A stretch of 64,000 bases of DNA from a virus (taxonomy: Duplodnaviria > Caudoviricetes), in the IMG/VR virus record IMGVR_UViG_3300033068_001467, positions 23,794 to 87,793 of that record; one strand, written 5' to 3'. Under the pieces are notes generated by a model. The model saw nothing but the letters and a program-made list of their open reading frames with translations, searched no databases and had not been told where the DNA came from. The translations under genes and the position numbers were made by a program. Position 1 is the first letter of the stretch; each line of letters starts with the position of its first letter. This document shows, piece after piece, positions 28,475-38,803 of the stretch.

Positions 28475-28986
28475 CAAAGAGAACATGTGCATCTTTAGGA
28501 GATGAGAAATTAGATTTAGCTCACATGATTTTAGGAATTATCTCAGAGCAAGAAGAATTATTACAAGCAATTGTAAAAGAAGATGAGGTAAATATGAGAG
28601 AAGAAATGTCAGATATTTGTTGGTATTTAGCAAATTACTGTACTTTCAGAGGTTATGACTTTAATAAATTGGTTGAAGAATATCAATTTGATTTTGAATT
28701 AGAAGAATGGGAAAGTGGTGTTTGCACATTTGATGTTTACAGCTCTAAACTAGCCGACTATGTTAAGAAATATATCGCTTATGGAAAACCTATTGACAGA
28801 GTTTTAGAAGAAAGAGCTTTAGGTGGAATAATCTATTCTTTTCAGTTTGAAGAGTGTTATTTTAGTTTTAAAGATGATTTGGACAGGAATATCAAAAAAT
28901 TACAAGCAAGGTTTCCTGAAAAATTTTCACAAGAAAAAGCTTTAAACAGAGATTTAGAAACAGAAAGAAAAATATTAGAAAGTTAA
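28453..28986 (+). CDS. MazG-like NTP pyrophosphohydrolase
   Basis: SEQEE ... EEMSDICWY ... NIKKLQARFP. Confidence 0.8.
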   Translation: MQNYQELAKRTCASLGDEKLDLAHMILGIISEQEELLQAIVKEDEVNMREEMSDICWYLANYCTFRGYDFNKLVEEYQFDFELEEWESGVCTFDVYSSKLADYVKKYIAYGKPIDRVLEERALGGIIYSFQFEECYFSFKDDLDRNIKKLQARFPEKFSQEKALNRDLETERKILES

Positions 28987-28989
28987 AAT

Positions 28990-29229
28990 TTGAGAGCAGT
29001 TTTAAAATTTAATTTAGACAATCCTGATGACAATATAGCACATTTAAGGTGTGTTAAGTCGCAAGATTTGTGTATAGCTTTAGGAGAGTTTTTAAGAAAT
29101 TCACGCAAAAAACTAGAAAACACAAACTATTCAACAGACAGCGATGTCTATGATGGGATAGAAATAACTTACAAGGAGTTATTTAATTTATTAGAGGAGT
29201 ACAACATTAATATAGATGAATTATTTTGA
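28990..29229 (+). CDS. hypothetical protein
   Basis: TTG-start ORF. Confidence 0.55.
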   Translation: MRAVLKFNLDNPDDNIAHLRCVKSQDLCIALGEFLRNSRKKLENTNYSTDSDVYDGIEITYKELFNLLEEYNINIDELF

Positions 29230-29313
29230 AAAGAATTAAATTTTGGATTTCATTAACACCTTATTTCTTGTTATTATTCTTCCTAATTTTTGTTTTAATT
29301 AAAATTATTCAAT

Positions 29314-29901
29314 ATGTCATATATTAATGTTAAGTTACTTAAATCGAGAAATCTGTCTCTTTTAGATTTGCAGATACTACAATTAGCTAAACAAGCTAGA
29401 ATAGAAGATGTTTCAGACGTTTTAAGTGAATATTCTTTAAATGTGGATAGTTTATTTAACTTAGGGTATTTAGAGTCTATAAAGGGTAAAAAAGGAGAAA
29501 CAAAATTTCAAAAAATCCGCACAACAAAATTAGGAAATGAGACCTTGGATTTAATATCTACTCCATTAATAACTGATGGAGACGTCCAAATGTATTCATA
29601 TTTATGTCAGATGTACACGGAAGAGGATGCCACACGTACACTTGGGAATCGTAAAGCGGGCTTAAAGTATTGTACAGAATTCAGACAGATTATGGGATTT
29701 ACTTTACATGAGATGTATTGGTTATGCTATATGTTTGTTCAAAACACCACATATTCAAAGGTATTGGAGTACATTTTCTTTGAAAAGAAGAACAACCCTT
29801 ATGGAAAATTTAAAGATAACTTAGAATCAAGTAAAATCTATCAGTTTTGGATGGATAACGAATATGAAATTAGAGAATTTTGGTCGGAAAAAATAAAATA
29901 A
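29314..29901 (+). CDS. hypothetical protein upstream of helicase (possibly replication-related)
   Basis: 195-aa ORF; role inferred from position only. Confidence 0.6.
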   Translation: MSYINVKLLKSRNLSLLDLQILQLAKQARIEDVSDVLSEYSLNVDSLFNLGYLESIKGKKGETKFQKIRTTKLGNETLDLISTPLITDGDVQMYSYLCQMYTEEDATRTLGNRKAGLKYCTEFRQIMGFTLHEMYWLCYMFVQNTTYSKVLEYIFFEKKNNPYGKFKDNLESSKIYQFWMDNEYEIREFWSEKIK

Positions 29902-29910
29902 CAAAAATAC

Positions 29911-31017
29911 ATGCAATTAGACTCACGTATAAAAAGGGCAGGACAACTAGCAACAGAGGCTTTTACATATCTAAATAAACTACAACAAGGAGAAAAACAA
30001 CTCTTAAAAACAGGTGATGAAGCTATTGATTGCCACATAACAGGGTTGTTACCCTCTGACTGTATATTATATGCCGCAAATAGTGGGATTGGAAAAACCA
30101 AAATGCTTTTTGACACCTTAGACCAAATACTTGATGAGAAAATAAACCCAAATGCTAAGAATATAAAAACTTTAGAGTTTCAATTAGAAATGAAATTTTT
30201 AAATAGAATTCTTCGTAGTACAAGTAGTTTAACATCTAAGAAAAAGAGTAAAATTTTAACAGAAGAATTTACAGAAGAAGAAAAAGAGGTTGTGAGGAGG
30301 TATTATGAGGGTTTACAAGATGATAGAAGATATATTTGTGAGGAATCTATAACAACAAAGGATTTTTATGAGATGACTAAAACTTTTTGTGAATTAAACA
30401 AGGAGTCTGATTCTTTAATTATTTGCCTTGACCATTGCCTATTACTAAAGAAAGAAGATAAATTTGAAGACCCATTAGAAGCATTAACAAGTTATATTAA
30501 TCAACTTAGAAAAGAGTTTAATAATGTCTATTTTATTTTACTATCGCAGATGAATCGTGGCAGTTTGACTAATATTTCGGACAGAGATAATTCTATGATA
30601 CCAACAACAGCTATGATTTATGGTAGTTCTCATTTTGAATTTCTTTGCTCTTATATTGTAGTTTTAGTTGACCCTTTTCGTTTAGGCGTAAATTCATACT
30701 TAAAAGTTAATCCTGAGCGTTATGATTGGTTATCTGATTATATGCAAGATGAAGATAAGAATGGTAAAGTTTCTTTTAACACTTTAAGTAATATGTTTAA
30801 ATTTGTGTTAAAAACGAGGGAGTCAGATAACCCATATAAAAATTTGTTTGTGAAGAAGATGGATTTAACGTCTGACCAAATAGAGAAAATGAAACAATCT
30901 GTAGAAACAAAACCCAACACAGCATTCATACAAACACCTGTATTCACACCTCAATCTCTAACAGCGTTTGAACCTGATTTTAAAACTTTATCGAATCCTG
31001 ATGACAGCCCCTTTTAA
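29911..31017 (+). CDS. DnaB-like (SF4) replicative helicase
   Basis: ANSGIGKT Walker A, LEFQLEM, CLDH, LSQMNR. Confidence 0.85.
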   Translation: MQLDSRIKRAGQLATEAFTYLNKLQQGEKQLLKTGDEAIDCHITGLLPSDCILYAANSGIGKTKMLFDTLDQILDEKINPNAKNIKTLEFQLEMKFLNRILRSTSSLTSKKKSKILTEEFTEEEKEVVRRYYEGLQDDRRYICEESITTKDFYEMTKTFCELNKESDSLIICLDHCLLLKKEDKFEDPLEALTSYINQLRKEFNNVYFILLSQMNRGSLTNISDRDNSMIPTTAMIYGSSHFEFLCSYIVVLVDPFRLGVNSYLKVNPERYDWLSDYMQDEDKNGKVSFNTLSNMFKFVLKTRESDNPYKNLFVKKMDLTSDQIEKMKQSVETKPNTAFIQTPVFTPQSLTAFEPDFKTLSNPDDSPF

Positions 31018-31037
31018 TTAAGGGGTTTATTTTTTTG
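31007..31037 (+). terminator. intrinsic terminator
   Basis: CCCCTT-loop-AAGGGG then T-run. Confidence 0.75.
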
Positions 31038-31360
31038 TAAAAATATTTGTTTTATTGGAAAATTTTGTTTTACTTTGCAGAAGAAAATTAGAAAATTAGA
31101 AATTATGTCACAATCATCACCCGAAGGAATAATTTTAGGAAAAGGCTCTAAGTTAGTAAGTTTTGAGCTGTCAATAAATAAAGAAAAAGTTTTACATATT
31201 GAGAAGAAACCTAATACTTTTTTAGGTTGGTTAGATAAATTTAAAAAGAAATTATGAGAGCAGAGGATTTTTTAACAGGTTTGGTGGTAGGTTTTGTAAT
31301 AGGGTGCTTATTCGTTGGATTTTTATGGAATGAGTCTTGTAAATCCGAAAATCAGTAACT

Positions 31361-31654
31361 ATGGAAAATAACACCACTTATATTTTCACTTTAAGAAACA
31401 CAATTAAAAGTGAGCCACGTATTACTCAGGAGCGTATTTATTTAACTCCTTTTGAATATAAGAAATTCAGTTCCTTTGATTTTTTATTTTCCGCCGAAAA
31501 AGATAAAGGAAAGAAAGCAGATAAAGAAAAACTAAAGATGTTTAAGTTAGAAAGACCGCTTCAAGACTATTTTACAGATGGGAGTAGGTATTTAAAATTT
31601 TTGAATAAATTTGTAGAAACAACAGAAGGAATTGGTAATTTAAAAAATAAATAA
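31361..31654 (+). CDS. hypothetical protein
   Basis: ORF in run. Confidence 0.6.
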   Translation: MENNTTYIFTLRNTIKSEPRITQERIYLTPFEYKKFSSFDFLFSAEKDKGKKADKEKLKMFKLERPLQDYFTDGSRYLKFLNKFVETTEGIGNLKNK

Positions 31655-31656
31655 TT

Positions 31657-32100
31657 ATGAAAAAATATATAGATTTATCAAAATATGATGATAAATATAC
31701 TATTGCACAATTAAAGAAAGCAATAGAAGCTGACGAAAAATTGGCAAAGGAAAAAGAAGATAAAGGATTACAAAAAATAAAAGAAAAATATCAAAATACT
31801 TATTTAAAATATATAGATGAAGATAATATATTTGGAAAAACATTAAATGTAGTCCATCTAAAAGAATATGTAAGAAGTGAAAGGACTACCGATTGGGAAC
31901 TTATATATTACTTTGAAGGGAGAGAAATATCTTTTTCAGAAAATAATCTTTTTTATAAAGTCTTTGATACTAACAGATGTAGTAATAGTTTTTCCGCAAA
32001 AGAATTAAAAGTAATGGAAATTATTACAGAAGAAGAGTATTTAAAATACGAAGATAAGTACAGACAGATTAGTGCTGAATTAGAAAATTTAATAAATTAA
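31657..32100 (+). CDS. hypothetical protein
   Basis: 147-aa ORF. Confidence 0.65.
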   Translation: MKKYIDLSKYDDKYTIAQLKKAIEADEKLAKEKEDKGLQKIKEKYQNTYLKYIDEDNIFGKTLNVVHLKEYVRSERTTDWELIYYFEGREISFSENNLFYKVFDTNRCSNSFSAKELKVMEIITEEEYLKYEDKYRQISAELENLIN

Positions 32101-32103
32101 AAT

Positions 32104-32292
32104 ATGACAAAATTTGCAATAACAATGGTAATGTTAATTCTTTTCGGGATACAACATCTTTTAAATTGGTTTTGGCGTAAAAATTACAAAGATGATTCGC
32201 TTATCGTTCTTGGTTTTTTACTTATGTTTATCTCTGTATTAGTTAGCTTAGGTGGGGTTTTATTAATAATTAATTGGGGTAATAAGCTTTGA
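32104..32292 (+). CDS. small membrane protein
   Basis: Two hydrophobic segments. Confidence 0.55.
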   Translation: MTKFAITMVMLILFGIQHLLNWFWRKNYKDDSLIVLGFLLMFISVLVSLGGVLLIINWGNKL

Positions 32293-32504
32293 AACTCTTA
32301 ATCTTACTATTTTTACTCCAAATTTCGGCGGTAAAAATAAATAAAACAGAAATAATAATCCAAAACACTCACTATACAGTAACAGAAAAGAAAACTTTAT
32401 ACAAAGACACTCTATATTATTGCAAAGGTGATGTAGTTTTTAGAAGACACGATACAATACTTTACTATTACAAACAAGGAGAATATAAAAAATTTAAAAT
32501 ATGA
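32289..32504 (+). CDS. hypothetical protein
   Basis: TTG-start ORF with hydrophobic N-terminus. Confidence 0.5.
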   Translation: MKLLILLFLLQISAVKINKTEIIIQNTHYTVTEKKTLYKDTLYYCKGDVVFRRHDTILYYYKQGEYKKFKI

Positions 32505-32652
32505 GAAAATTTACAGTGTCTTACTACGCAGAAAGAAATGATGAATGTACAGACTTAGAAATAGATGTTGAGTGTAATTCTATTTGGGATGTTAAAGAAA
32601 CTTTTGAAAAACAAGTTAGATTATATAAAAGAATTTACGAAATAAAAGAAAT

Positions 32653-33072
32653 ATGAGACTACCAAGTGAACCTGTAAAACAAACTTGTCCTGATATAAAT
32701 CGGCTACAAAAAACTATAGAAGAAATTAGAAATAATTTTGCAAGTTTTAAAGATACAGATAATGTTGATGATTTTTTAAGTTATATGGTAGATGCCTCAT
32801 GGGAACTAAGAGGTGTTTATGATACGCTTGAAGAATTGAGGAGTGCTAATTCAGCTTTAAGAGATTGGGGGCATGAACTTACCTCTTTGGTAGAACAAAT
32901 GGAGAATGAAAAAGATAGTGAGATTGGAGAATTAGAAATTGAAATTTCGGCAAAAGAAGATAAAATAGAGGAGTTGGAAGAAATAATTGACGAACTAAAA
33001 GAACAAATAGAAAATGACAACATACTTAGTAACAACAGAACTAAAAACCCCTTGGTGGTTAAAGCTACTTAG
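32653..33072 (+). CDS. acidic coiled-coil protein
   Basis: Heptad-like EL/EI repeats. Confidence 0.65.
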   Translation: MRLPSEPVKQTCPDINRLQKTIEEIRNNFASFKDTDNVDDFLSYMVDASWELRGVYDTLEELRSANSALRDWGHELTSLVEQMENEKDSEIGELEIEISAKEDKIEELEEIIDELKEQIENDNILSNNRTKNPLVVKAT

Positions 33073-33199
33073 ATTTTTCCGCATAAAAAATAAAAGAGAA
33101 GAATTTAAAATGATGTTTGATTATGATAGATATAAGGAAAATCACATTTTTTGCATATATAAACAAGACTTAAAGGTAATTAAAAATTATGAAAGGTAA
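33014..33199 (+). CDS. hypothetical protein
   Basis: Small ORF. Confidence 0.5.
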   Translation: MTTYLVTTELKTPWWLKLLRFFRIKNKREEFKMMFDYDRYKENHIFCIYKQDLKVIKNYER

Positions 33200-33413
33200 A
33201 TTAATAAAAATAGAAGGTAATTGGTGGGTTGAAACTTTTGATTTATACAAATTTAATCACCCATCAGAAATAGAAGTGTTAGACTACCCAAGAAATACTG
33301 TATTAGTAGAAGGTGAAGAAGTAGAGTTTGAAGCTGTTTCTATTGAGGATTATGTAGGTTTTGCAGGACACACGAGTTATCCTACATTTACAACTAAAGC
33401 TAGAATATTTTGA
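33189..33413 (+). CDS. hypothetical protein
   Basis: Small ORF. Confidence 0.55.
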   Translation: MKGKLIKIEGNWWVETFDLYKFNHPSEIEVLDYPRNTVLVEGEEVEFEAVSIEDYVGFAGHTSYPTFTTKARIF

Positions 33414-33567
33414 GATGGTTTTGAGTGACTACCTTCAAGAAAATAAAAATAGTTACACTAAAATGGGTGTAGTTAGTTTTGATTTTAGATTATAATTTTC
33501 GCCGTAAAAAAGTTAAAAAACAGAGAAAAATGTACACCTACAAAGGTAAAGAATATAAAGTAATAAA

Positions 33568-35676
33568 ATGGAAAATACAGAAATATCGGTTTTAGATAAT
33601 AAAATGTTTGTCACTTATGATATAGAAACTTTCTTGAGTATTTTCTGTGTTGTTTTTAAACATGCTGATAAATATAAAGTATTTGAAATAAGTGAAAGAA
33701 TTGACCAATATGACGAACTTGTGGAATTTATAAAATTGGGTTCTTCACAAGGCTGGTTTTTTGTGGGGTTTAATAATGTTCGATTTGATGCTCAGGTTTT
33801 ACAATGGCTGTTAGATGCTAAAGAATCATTTAAAAAACTAACAGGGAAAACAAAAGCAAAACATATAATGGAGTTTGCACAATCTGTTATTGAAAAAATT
33901 AATAGAAAGGAATTTCCACCATATCAAGAATCTAAATTAACTTTCCAACAGTTAGATTTATATTTACAATCACATTACAATAATCGTGCAAGGTCTTGTA
34001 GCCTAAAATGGTTGGAATACTCAATGAATTGGAACAAAATCCAAGATTTACCATATAAATTTGATGAAGTTTTAAGTTCAGATAAATTTGATGATGTAAT
34101 CAAATATTGTATTAATGATGTAGACGCTACAGAACAATTTTTCAAAAAATCTAAAAAACTTGTAGAATTGAGATTTGCTCAACAGGCTGAAAATATGCAT
34201 TTGGAATTATTCAATAAATCTGATAGTAGTATTGGAGAAGCTTTATTTTTAGATTTGATGTCAGAAAAATTACAAGTAGAAAAAAAGTACTTGAAAAAAA
34301 TGCAAACTCGTAGAGAAAGTATTGAATTAAAAGATGTTATTCTTCCTTATATTAAATTTGAAACTCCCGAATTCAATTCTGTTTTAGAATTTTTCAAGCA
34401 ACAGATTATTACAGAAGCTACAAAAGATGCTTTTAAACATTTAATGGTGTTTGATGGTATGGAATATTTCTATGGTTTAGGTGGTTTACACGCCGCACGA
34501 GATAATTCCATCTTCAAATCAGACGAAGAAAATATAGTTTTATCAGTGGATTTTGCAAGTTTTTATCCAAATATCTCAATTAGAAATAGACTTTACCCTG
34601 AACATTTATCAGAATCTTTCTGTATATTGTATGAGGAATTATTTGAAAAACGTAAATTAATTCCTAAATCAAACCCTCAAAATACAGCAATCAAACTTCT
34701 ACTTAATAGTAGTTTTGGTAAGGCGGGGGATGAATATAGTTTTCTTTATGATAAATTATTTCAAATGGCTATTACAGTTAATGGTCAATTAATTCTTTCC
34801 ATGCTTTGTGAACAACTTTCTCAAATCGAAGGTGTGAGGATGGTTATGGTAAATACGGACGGAGCGGAACTAATTGTACCAAAAGTCAAAAAAAGAGAAG
34901 TGTATAATGTTTGTTTAGATATAGAAAAATTAACACAGTTGCAATTAGAATATTCAGTTTATGATAAATTATTTACTCGCGACATCAATAATTATTTGGG
35001 AATTGATATTAATGGTAAAGTAAAAACAAAGGGATGTTTCGATATTGATTTAGAATTACATAAAAACCGTTCAGAAAGAATTGTTCCTCTTGCTATAAAA
35101 AGATATTTTGTAAATGACGTTCCTGTAGACGATACAATCAAAAATCATTTGAAAGTTGGTAATTATGGTAAAATTGAGAATCAAGGAATTTATGATTTCT
35201 GTATAGGTAAAAAAATACAAAGTAATCAAAATTATACTATTGAGGATGATGGGGGAAATATATTAAAGAATATTGATGACAAAGTTATTCGTTTTTATGT
35301 TTCTACCGATGGAAATAATCTAAGAAAAAATTATAATGATGGTCGAAAGGAAATTACAGTTGGGGGAAATAAAATAACTATGTTTATGGATTATTATAAA
35401 TCTGAGGATTACAAAGTAGATTATGATTATTACATAAACCAAGCAAATAAAATTATCCATGCTGTTGATGGTACAACTGAAAGATTAGAAGCTCAAAGAA
35501 AGGCTGAAATAGCCCGTTTAAAGCAAGAAAAAGAAGAGAATGACTATATTACTTATTGCTTAAATAAAACACCTACAACACTACAATTTGCTAAATATGG
35601 AAAACCTTATATTGTAGCTAAATTAGGTGAACCAAAAGAAATAAAACCATCGAAAATTAAGTTACACACAGATTAA
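33568..35676 (+). CDS. DNA polymerase, family B
   Basis: Exo YDIE and FNNVRFD; pol SVDFASFYP, KLLLNSSFG, VNTDG. Confidence 0.93.
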   Translation: MENTEISVLDNKMFVTYDIETFLSIFCVVFKHADKYKVFEISERIDQYDELVEFIKLGSSQGWFFVGFNNVRFDAQVLQWLLDAKESFKKLTGKTKAKHIMEFAQSVIEKINRKEFPPYQESKLTFQQLDLYLQSHYNNRARSCSLKWLEYSMNWNKIQDLPYKFDEVLSSDKFDDVIKYCINDVDATEQFFKKSKKLVELRFAQQAENMHLELFNKSDSSIGEALFLDLMSEKLQVEKKYLKKMQTRRESIELKDVILPYIKFETPEFNSVLEFFKQQIITEATKDAFKHLMVFDGMEYFYGLGGLHAARDNSIFKSDEENIVLSVDFASFYPNISIRNRLYPEHLSESFCILYEELFEKRKLIPKSNPQNTAIKLLLNSSFGKAGDEYSFLYDKLFQMAITVNGQLILSMLCEQLSQIEGVRMVMVNTDGAELIVPKVKKREVYNVCLDIEKLTQLQLEYSVYDKLFTRDINNYLGIDINGKVKTKGCFDIDLELHKNRSERIVPLAIKRYFVNDVPVDDTIKNHLKVGNYGKIENQGIYDFCIGKKIQSNQNYTIEDDGGNILKNIDDKVIRFYVSTDGNNLRKNYNDGRKEITVGGNKITMFMDYYKSEDYKVDYDYYINQANKIIHAVDGTTERLEAQRKAEIARLKQEKEENDYITYCLNKTPTTLQFAKYGKPYIVAKLGEPKEIKPSKIKLHTD

Positions 35677-35722
35677 CCAAGTTGTAAATTGTAAAACTAA
35701 TTATTATATTTACACTTTAATT

Positions 35723-35815
35723 TATCGTGCAGGGTATTTTGAAAACTAATTTAAATAAAAAAGACATATAATATAGAGATGCCAATCTGATTCCTCTGCA
35801 CAGGATGATGATTGG
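35723..35815 (+). promoter_or_regulatory. kissing-hairpin leader of GIY-YIG gene
   Basis: Loop GTGCAG 35727-32 is complementary to loop CTGCAC 35796-801 in stem CCAATC..TCCT/AGGA..GATTGG. Confidence 0.55.
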
Positions 35816-35841
35816 TTTTCTCATTTTTACAAGTCGAAGCT

Positions 35842-36636
35842 ATGAAAGAAGTAAAAAGTGGTATTTATGGAATTAAAAATTTAATAAATGACAAAATATA
35901 CATAGGTAAGTCAAAAAATATCTTTAAAAGATGGGCAGTACATAAGTCCGAATTAAAAAGATGTGTAAAAAAGAAAGATACAAACAGGTTTTTATGGAAT
36001 GCTGTTAAAAAGTATGGACTTGAAAAATTTGAGTTTATTATAATAGAAGAATTACCTATTGATGAGGAATTATTTAAAATAAGAGAACTGTATTGGATGG
36101 ATTATTTTGACAGTTGTAATAGAGATTTTGGATACAATTTAAGAAGAGATTCTAAAACAAATATGATAGTACATGAAGATACAAAAAAATTATTAAAAGA
36201 GTTAGTGAAGGGTAGTGGTAATCCTAATTTTGGTAATACTTGGTCTGATGAACAGAAAAAATATATGTCAGAGCTTAAAAAAGAAGGGTATAAGAATGGA
36301 ACACTACTTGTTAATAAAGAGGCTCTTAAAAAGGGCAGAGAAGAAACACAAAAAAGATATGAGGAAAATCCACAATTGAAAATTAATATGCGAAAAAAAG
36401 TTTCTGAAAATCATAACTTATATCAATATTTAAAAATAGATAGAGTAAGTGGAGAAATATTAGAGACATTTGAAAATAGATTAGAACTTTTAGAAAAATA
36501 TCCTGAGTATAAAACAAGCCCTCTATTATCTGTTTGTAATGGTTGGAAATCTTCCTATAAAGGGTTTATTTGGAGATATAGGATTAGAGAGACAAATCAA
36601 ATAATTGAGCCTGAATGTAAGTATTGTAAAAAGTAA
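35842..36636 (+). CDS. GIY-YIG homing endonuclease with NUMOD3-like motif
   Basis: GIYGIKNLINDKIYIG; GNPNFGNTWSDEQKKYMS; ATG 35842. Confidence 0.9.
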   Translation: MKEVKSGIYGIKNLINDKIYIGKSKNIFKRWAVHKSELKRCVKKKDTNRFLWNAVKKYGLEKFEFIIIEELPIDEELFKIRELYWMDYFDSCNRDFGYNLRRDSKTNMIVHEDTKKLLKELVKGSGNPNFGNTWSDEQKKYMSELKKEGYKNGTLLVNKEALKKGREETQKRYEENPQLKINMRKKVSENHNLYQYLKIDRVSGEILETFENRLELLEKYPEYKTSPLLSVCNGWKSSYKGFIWRYRIRETNQIIEPECKYCKK

Positions 36637-36637
36637 C

Positions 36638-36724
36638 AGACAAAGAGATTTGTATTCTAAGGATTGGCTTATAGATAAATATGGTTTACCTAAATCAAGA
36701 GAAGAAATTAAAGAGTCTATATAA
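36638..36724 (+). pseudogene. displaced former 3' end of the DNA polymerase gene
   Basis: RQRDLYSKDWLIDKYGLPK aligns without gaps to the PolB tail LQFAKYGKPYIVAKLGEPK (7/19 identical). Confidence 0.55.
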
Positions 36725-36846
36725 GGCTCTTTGTTATTTAAAATGGTTCTAAATTACTGTTTTTTCAGTTTTTTATGCGGAAAAAAATGCTAATCGCTTG
36801 CGTATATCATAATTAATAACTACATTTGTCGAATAAAATATAAAAC

Positions 36847-37959
36847 ATGTTACCAAAAAATTCAAAGATTATTTTTAGAGGTATTGTAGGAAGTCAGTCT
36901 TATGGCTTGGCTACTGAAACTTCAGATACAGATTATAAAACTATTTACATTCAATCTAATGAGGATATTTTATCTAATAATTATATTGCTCAAATTGATA
37001 TAAATAAGGATGACGTGGCGTACGAGTTACGCAGATTCTTAGAGCTTGTTTCAACAGGAAACCCTAACGTACTTGAACTTTTATTTTTGCCCGAAAAATG
37101 TATTTTAGAATCTTCTGCGGAATATGAATATTTAAGAGCCAATAGAGATATGTTTTTAACCAAAACCTGTTACTACACTTATTCAGGATATGCTAAAACA
37201 CAACTTGGAAAAGCGAGAGGGATTAATAAAAAATTCAGGTGGGAAGAAAGTAAAACTGTTAGACAAAATGTTTTAGATTTTTGTAAAATTATTGACAGGC
37301 AAAGTGGTAAAAGCTCAACTTTAAAAGATTGGTTAAAATTAAATGAATATACTCAAGAACAATGCGGGTTAGCACAAGTTGAGGGTTTTAGAGATTGTTA
37401 CAGACTTTACACTGATGATATTAAGTGGGTTAGAGATAATCAAGCTAATCATAGATTTGGAGATATTGAGTTTGAGACTCGTAATTATAAAGGTATAGCT
37501 GATGAAAATTCAAATGAACCTAGAAAATCAGAGATTGAAAAGTATAGAATTGATGAGTGGAAAGGTTTAATATATTGGAATAGAGAAAGTTACAGCACAC
37601 ATTGTAAGGAATATCGAGAATATGAGAATTGGTTAAAAAACAGAAATGAAAATAGAGTTGCTACAAATAAAGCACATGGACAACAGTTTGATTCAAAAAA
37701 TCTTTTACACTTAGTTCGTTTAATTATGACAGCTCAAGAGATACCTTTAGAAAAAACAATTAATGTTGATAGAACTCCTAATAGAGAATACTTACTTTCT
37801 GTAAAAAGAGGGGAAGTTGATTTAAATTCTATTGTAGAAGAGTGGGGTAAAAAAGCAGAAGAATTAGAGCAATTATATTTGGACAGTGATTTACCTGAAA
37901 AAGTAGATATTGAAGTAACAAAACAATTAGAACTTAAAATTAGAAAAAATGAATTATAA
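36847..37959 (+). CDS. Pol beta-superfamily nucleotidyltransferase (RlaP/YcgL-like)
   Basis: GSQSYGLATETSDTD; GNPNVLELL; KNLLHLVRL; promoter TACATTTG 36821-28. Confidence 0.85.
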   Translation: MLPKNSKIIFRGIVGSQSYGLATETSDTDYKTIYIQSNEDILSNNYIAQIDINKDDVAYELRRFLELVSTGNPNVLELLFLPEKCILESSAEYEYLRANRDMFLTKTCYYTYSGYAKTQLGKARGINKKFRWEESKTVRQNVLDFCKIIDRQSGKSSTLKDWLKLNEYTQEQCGLAQVEGFRDCYRLYTDDIKWVRDNQANHRFGDIEFETRNYKGIADENSNEPRKSEIEKYRIDEWKGLIYWNRESYSTHCKEYREYENWLKNRNENRVATNKAHGQQFDSKNLLHLVRLIMTAQEIPLEKTINVDRTPNREYLLSVKRGEVDLNSIVEEWGKKAEELEQLYLDSDLPEKVDIEVTKQLELKIRKNEL

Positions 37960-38659
37960 AATAGTTAAGTGTGAGGAAACCTTTAATCAGTTTTTAGAGT
38001 GGCTTCCTGAGTTAGAAGATGGTCAAAAGTTTTATTTTAGTCTTTTTGCCCGCAAAAAATTTGGTAAAACAGAGGGGTTAAAAGCCGATAAAGGGCAGTT
38101 GAAAAGATTCACTACATCTAAAGAGCAAGCTTTAAATAAGATTAAAAAACTAGAGGTTGAATTAAGTTCTTATGAAGTAGATGGTGTGAAAGTTAATGAA
38201 GAAAGTTTAGTTTTATATGTGACTGTAAATCCTCGTGATATGCACAAAGCGGGTTTAAAAACAGCTAAAGAGTTAGTTTCTATGATGGCTGATGGAAAAA
38301 CTATTTATAATCCTCAATCTGTAGCTTTAAATCAAATTCAAGTTACAGGAGTTAAAAAGTATTTTGATATTGATTTAGACTTGAAAGAGGGACAAACTTT
38401 ATCACATATTCAGCTTTACGATGTATTGATGGATAAAGATTTAATAAATGCAAATGCTGTTGATAAAAATATTATTAAAACAAGAGGTGGTTATCATATA
38501 TTAGTTGAGCTTGATAAAATTTCAGAACCTTATAAAAAATCTTGGTATAATAATTTTAGCCAATTAAAAGATGAGCGTTTTACTATTATGATGAATGGAG
38601 ATAATATGACTCCTGTTCCTGGCTGTATACAATCTGATTTTGTACCTTATTTAATTTAA
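37949..38659 (+). CDS. AEP-superfamily primase/polymerase-like protein
   Basis: YFDIDLD (DxD) and KTRGGYHILV (sxH). Confidence 0.55.
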   Translation: MNYKIVKCEETFNQFLEWLPELEDGQKFYFSLFARKKFGKTEGLKADKGQLKRFTTSKEQALNKIKKLEVELSSYEVDGVKVNEESLVLYVTVNPRDMHKAGLKTAKELVSMMADGKTIYNPQSVALNQIQVTGVKKYFDIDLDLKEGQTLSHIQLYDVLMDKDLINANAVDKNIIKTRGGYHILVELDKISEPYKKSWYNNFSQLKDERFTIMMNGDNMTPVPGCIQSDFVPYLI

Positions 38660-38691
38660 AAACATGATAAAAATATTCGTAAGCTATCATA

Positions 38692-38740
38692 TAACGTTAA
38701 GGTGCTTTGCGCTCGTTTTAATGGCGCAAAACACGTGTTA
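38692..38740. repeat. attC-like site (short)
   Basis: TAACGTT-AAG-GTGCTTTGCGC..GCGCAAAACAC-GTGTTA. Confidence 0.75.
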
Positions 38741-38803
38741 CCTGCTGGTGCGGTTAATTAACGAGAAATTTAAATTGAAATACTAAACAAAAAAATATTA
38801 AAA

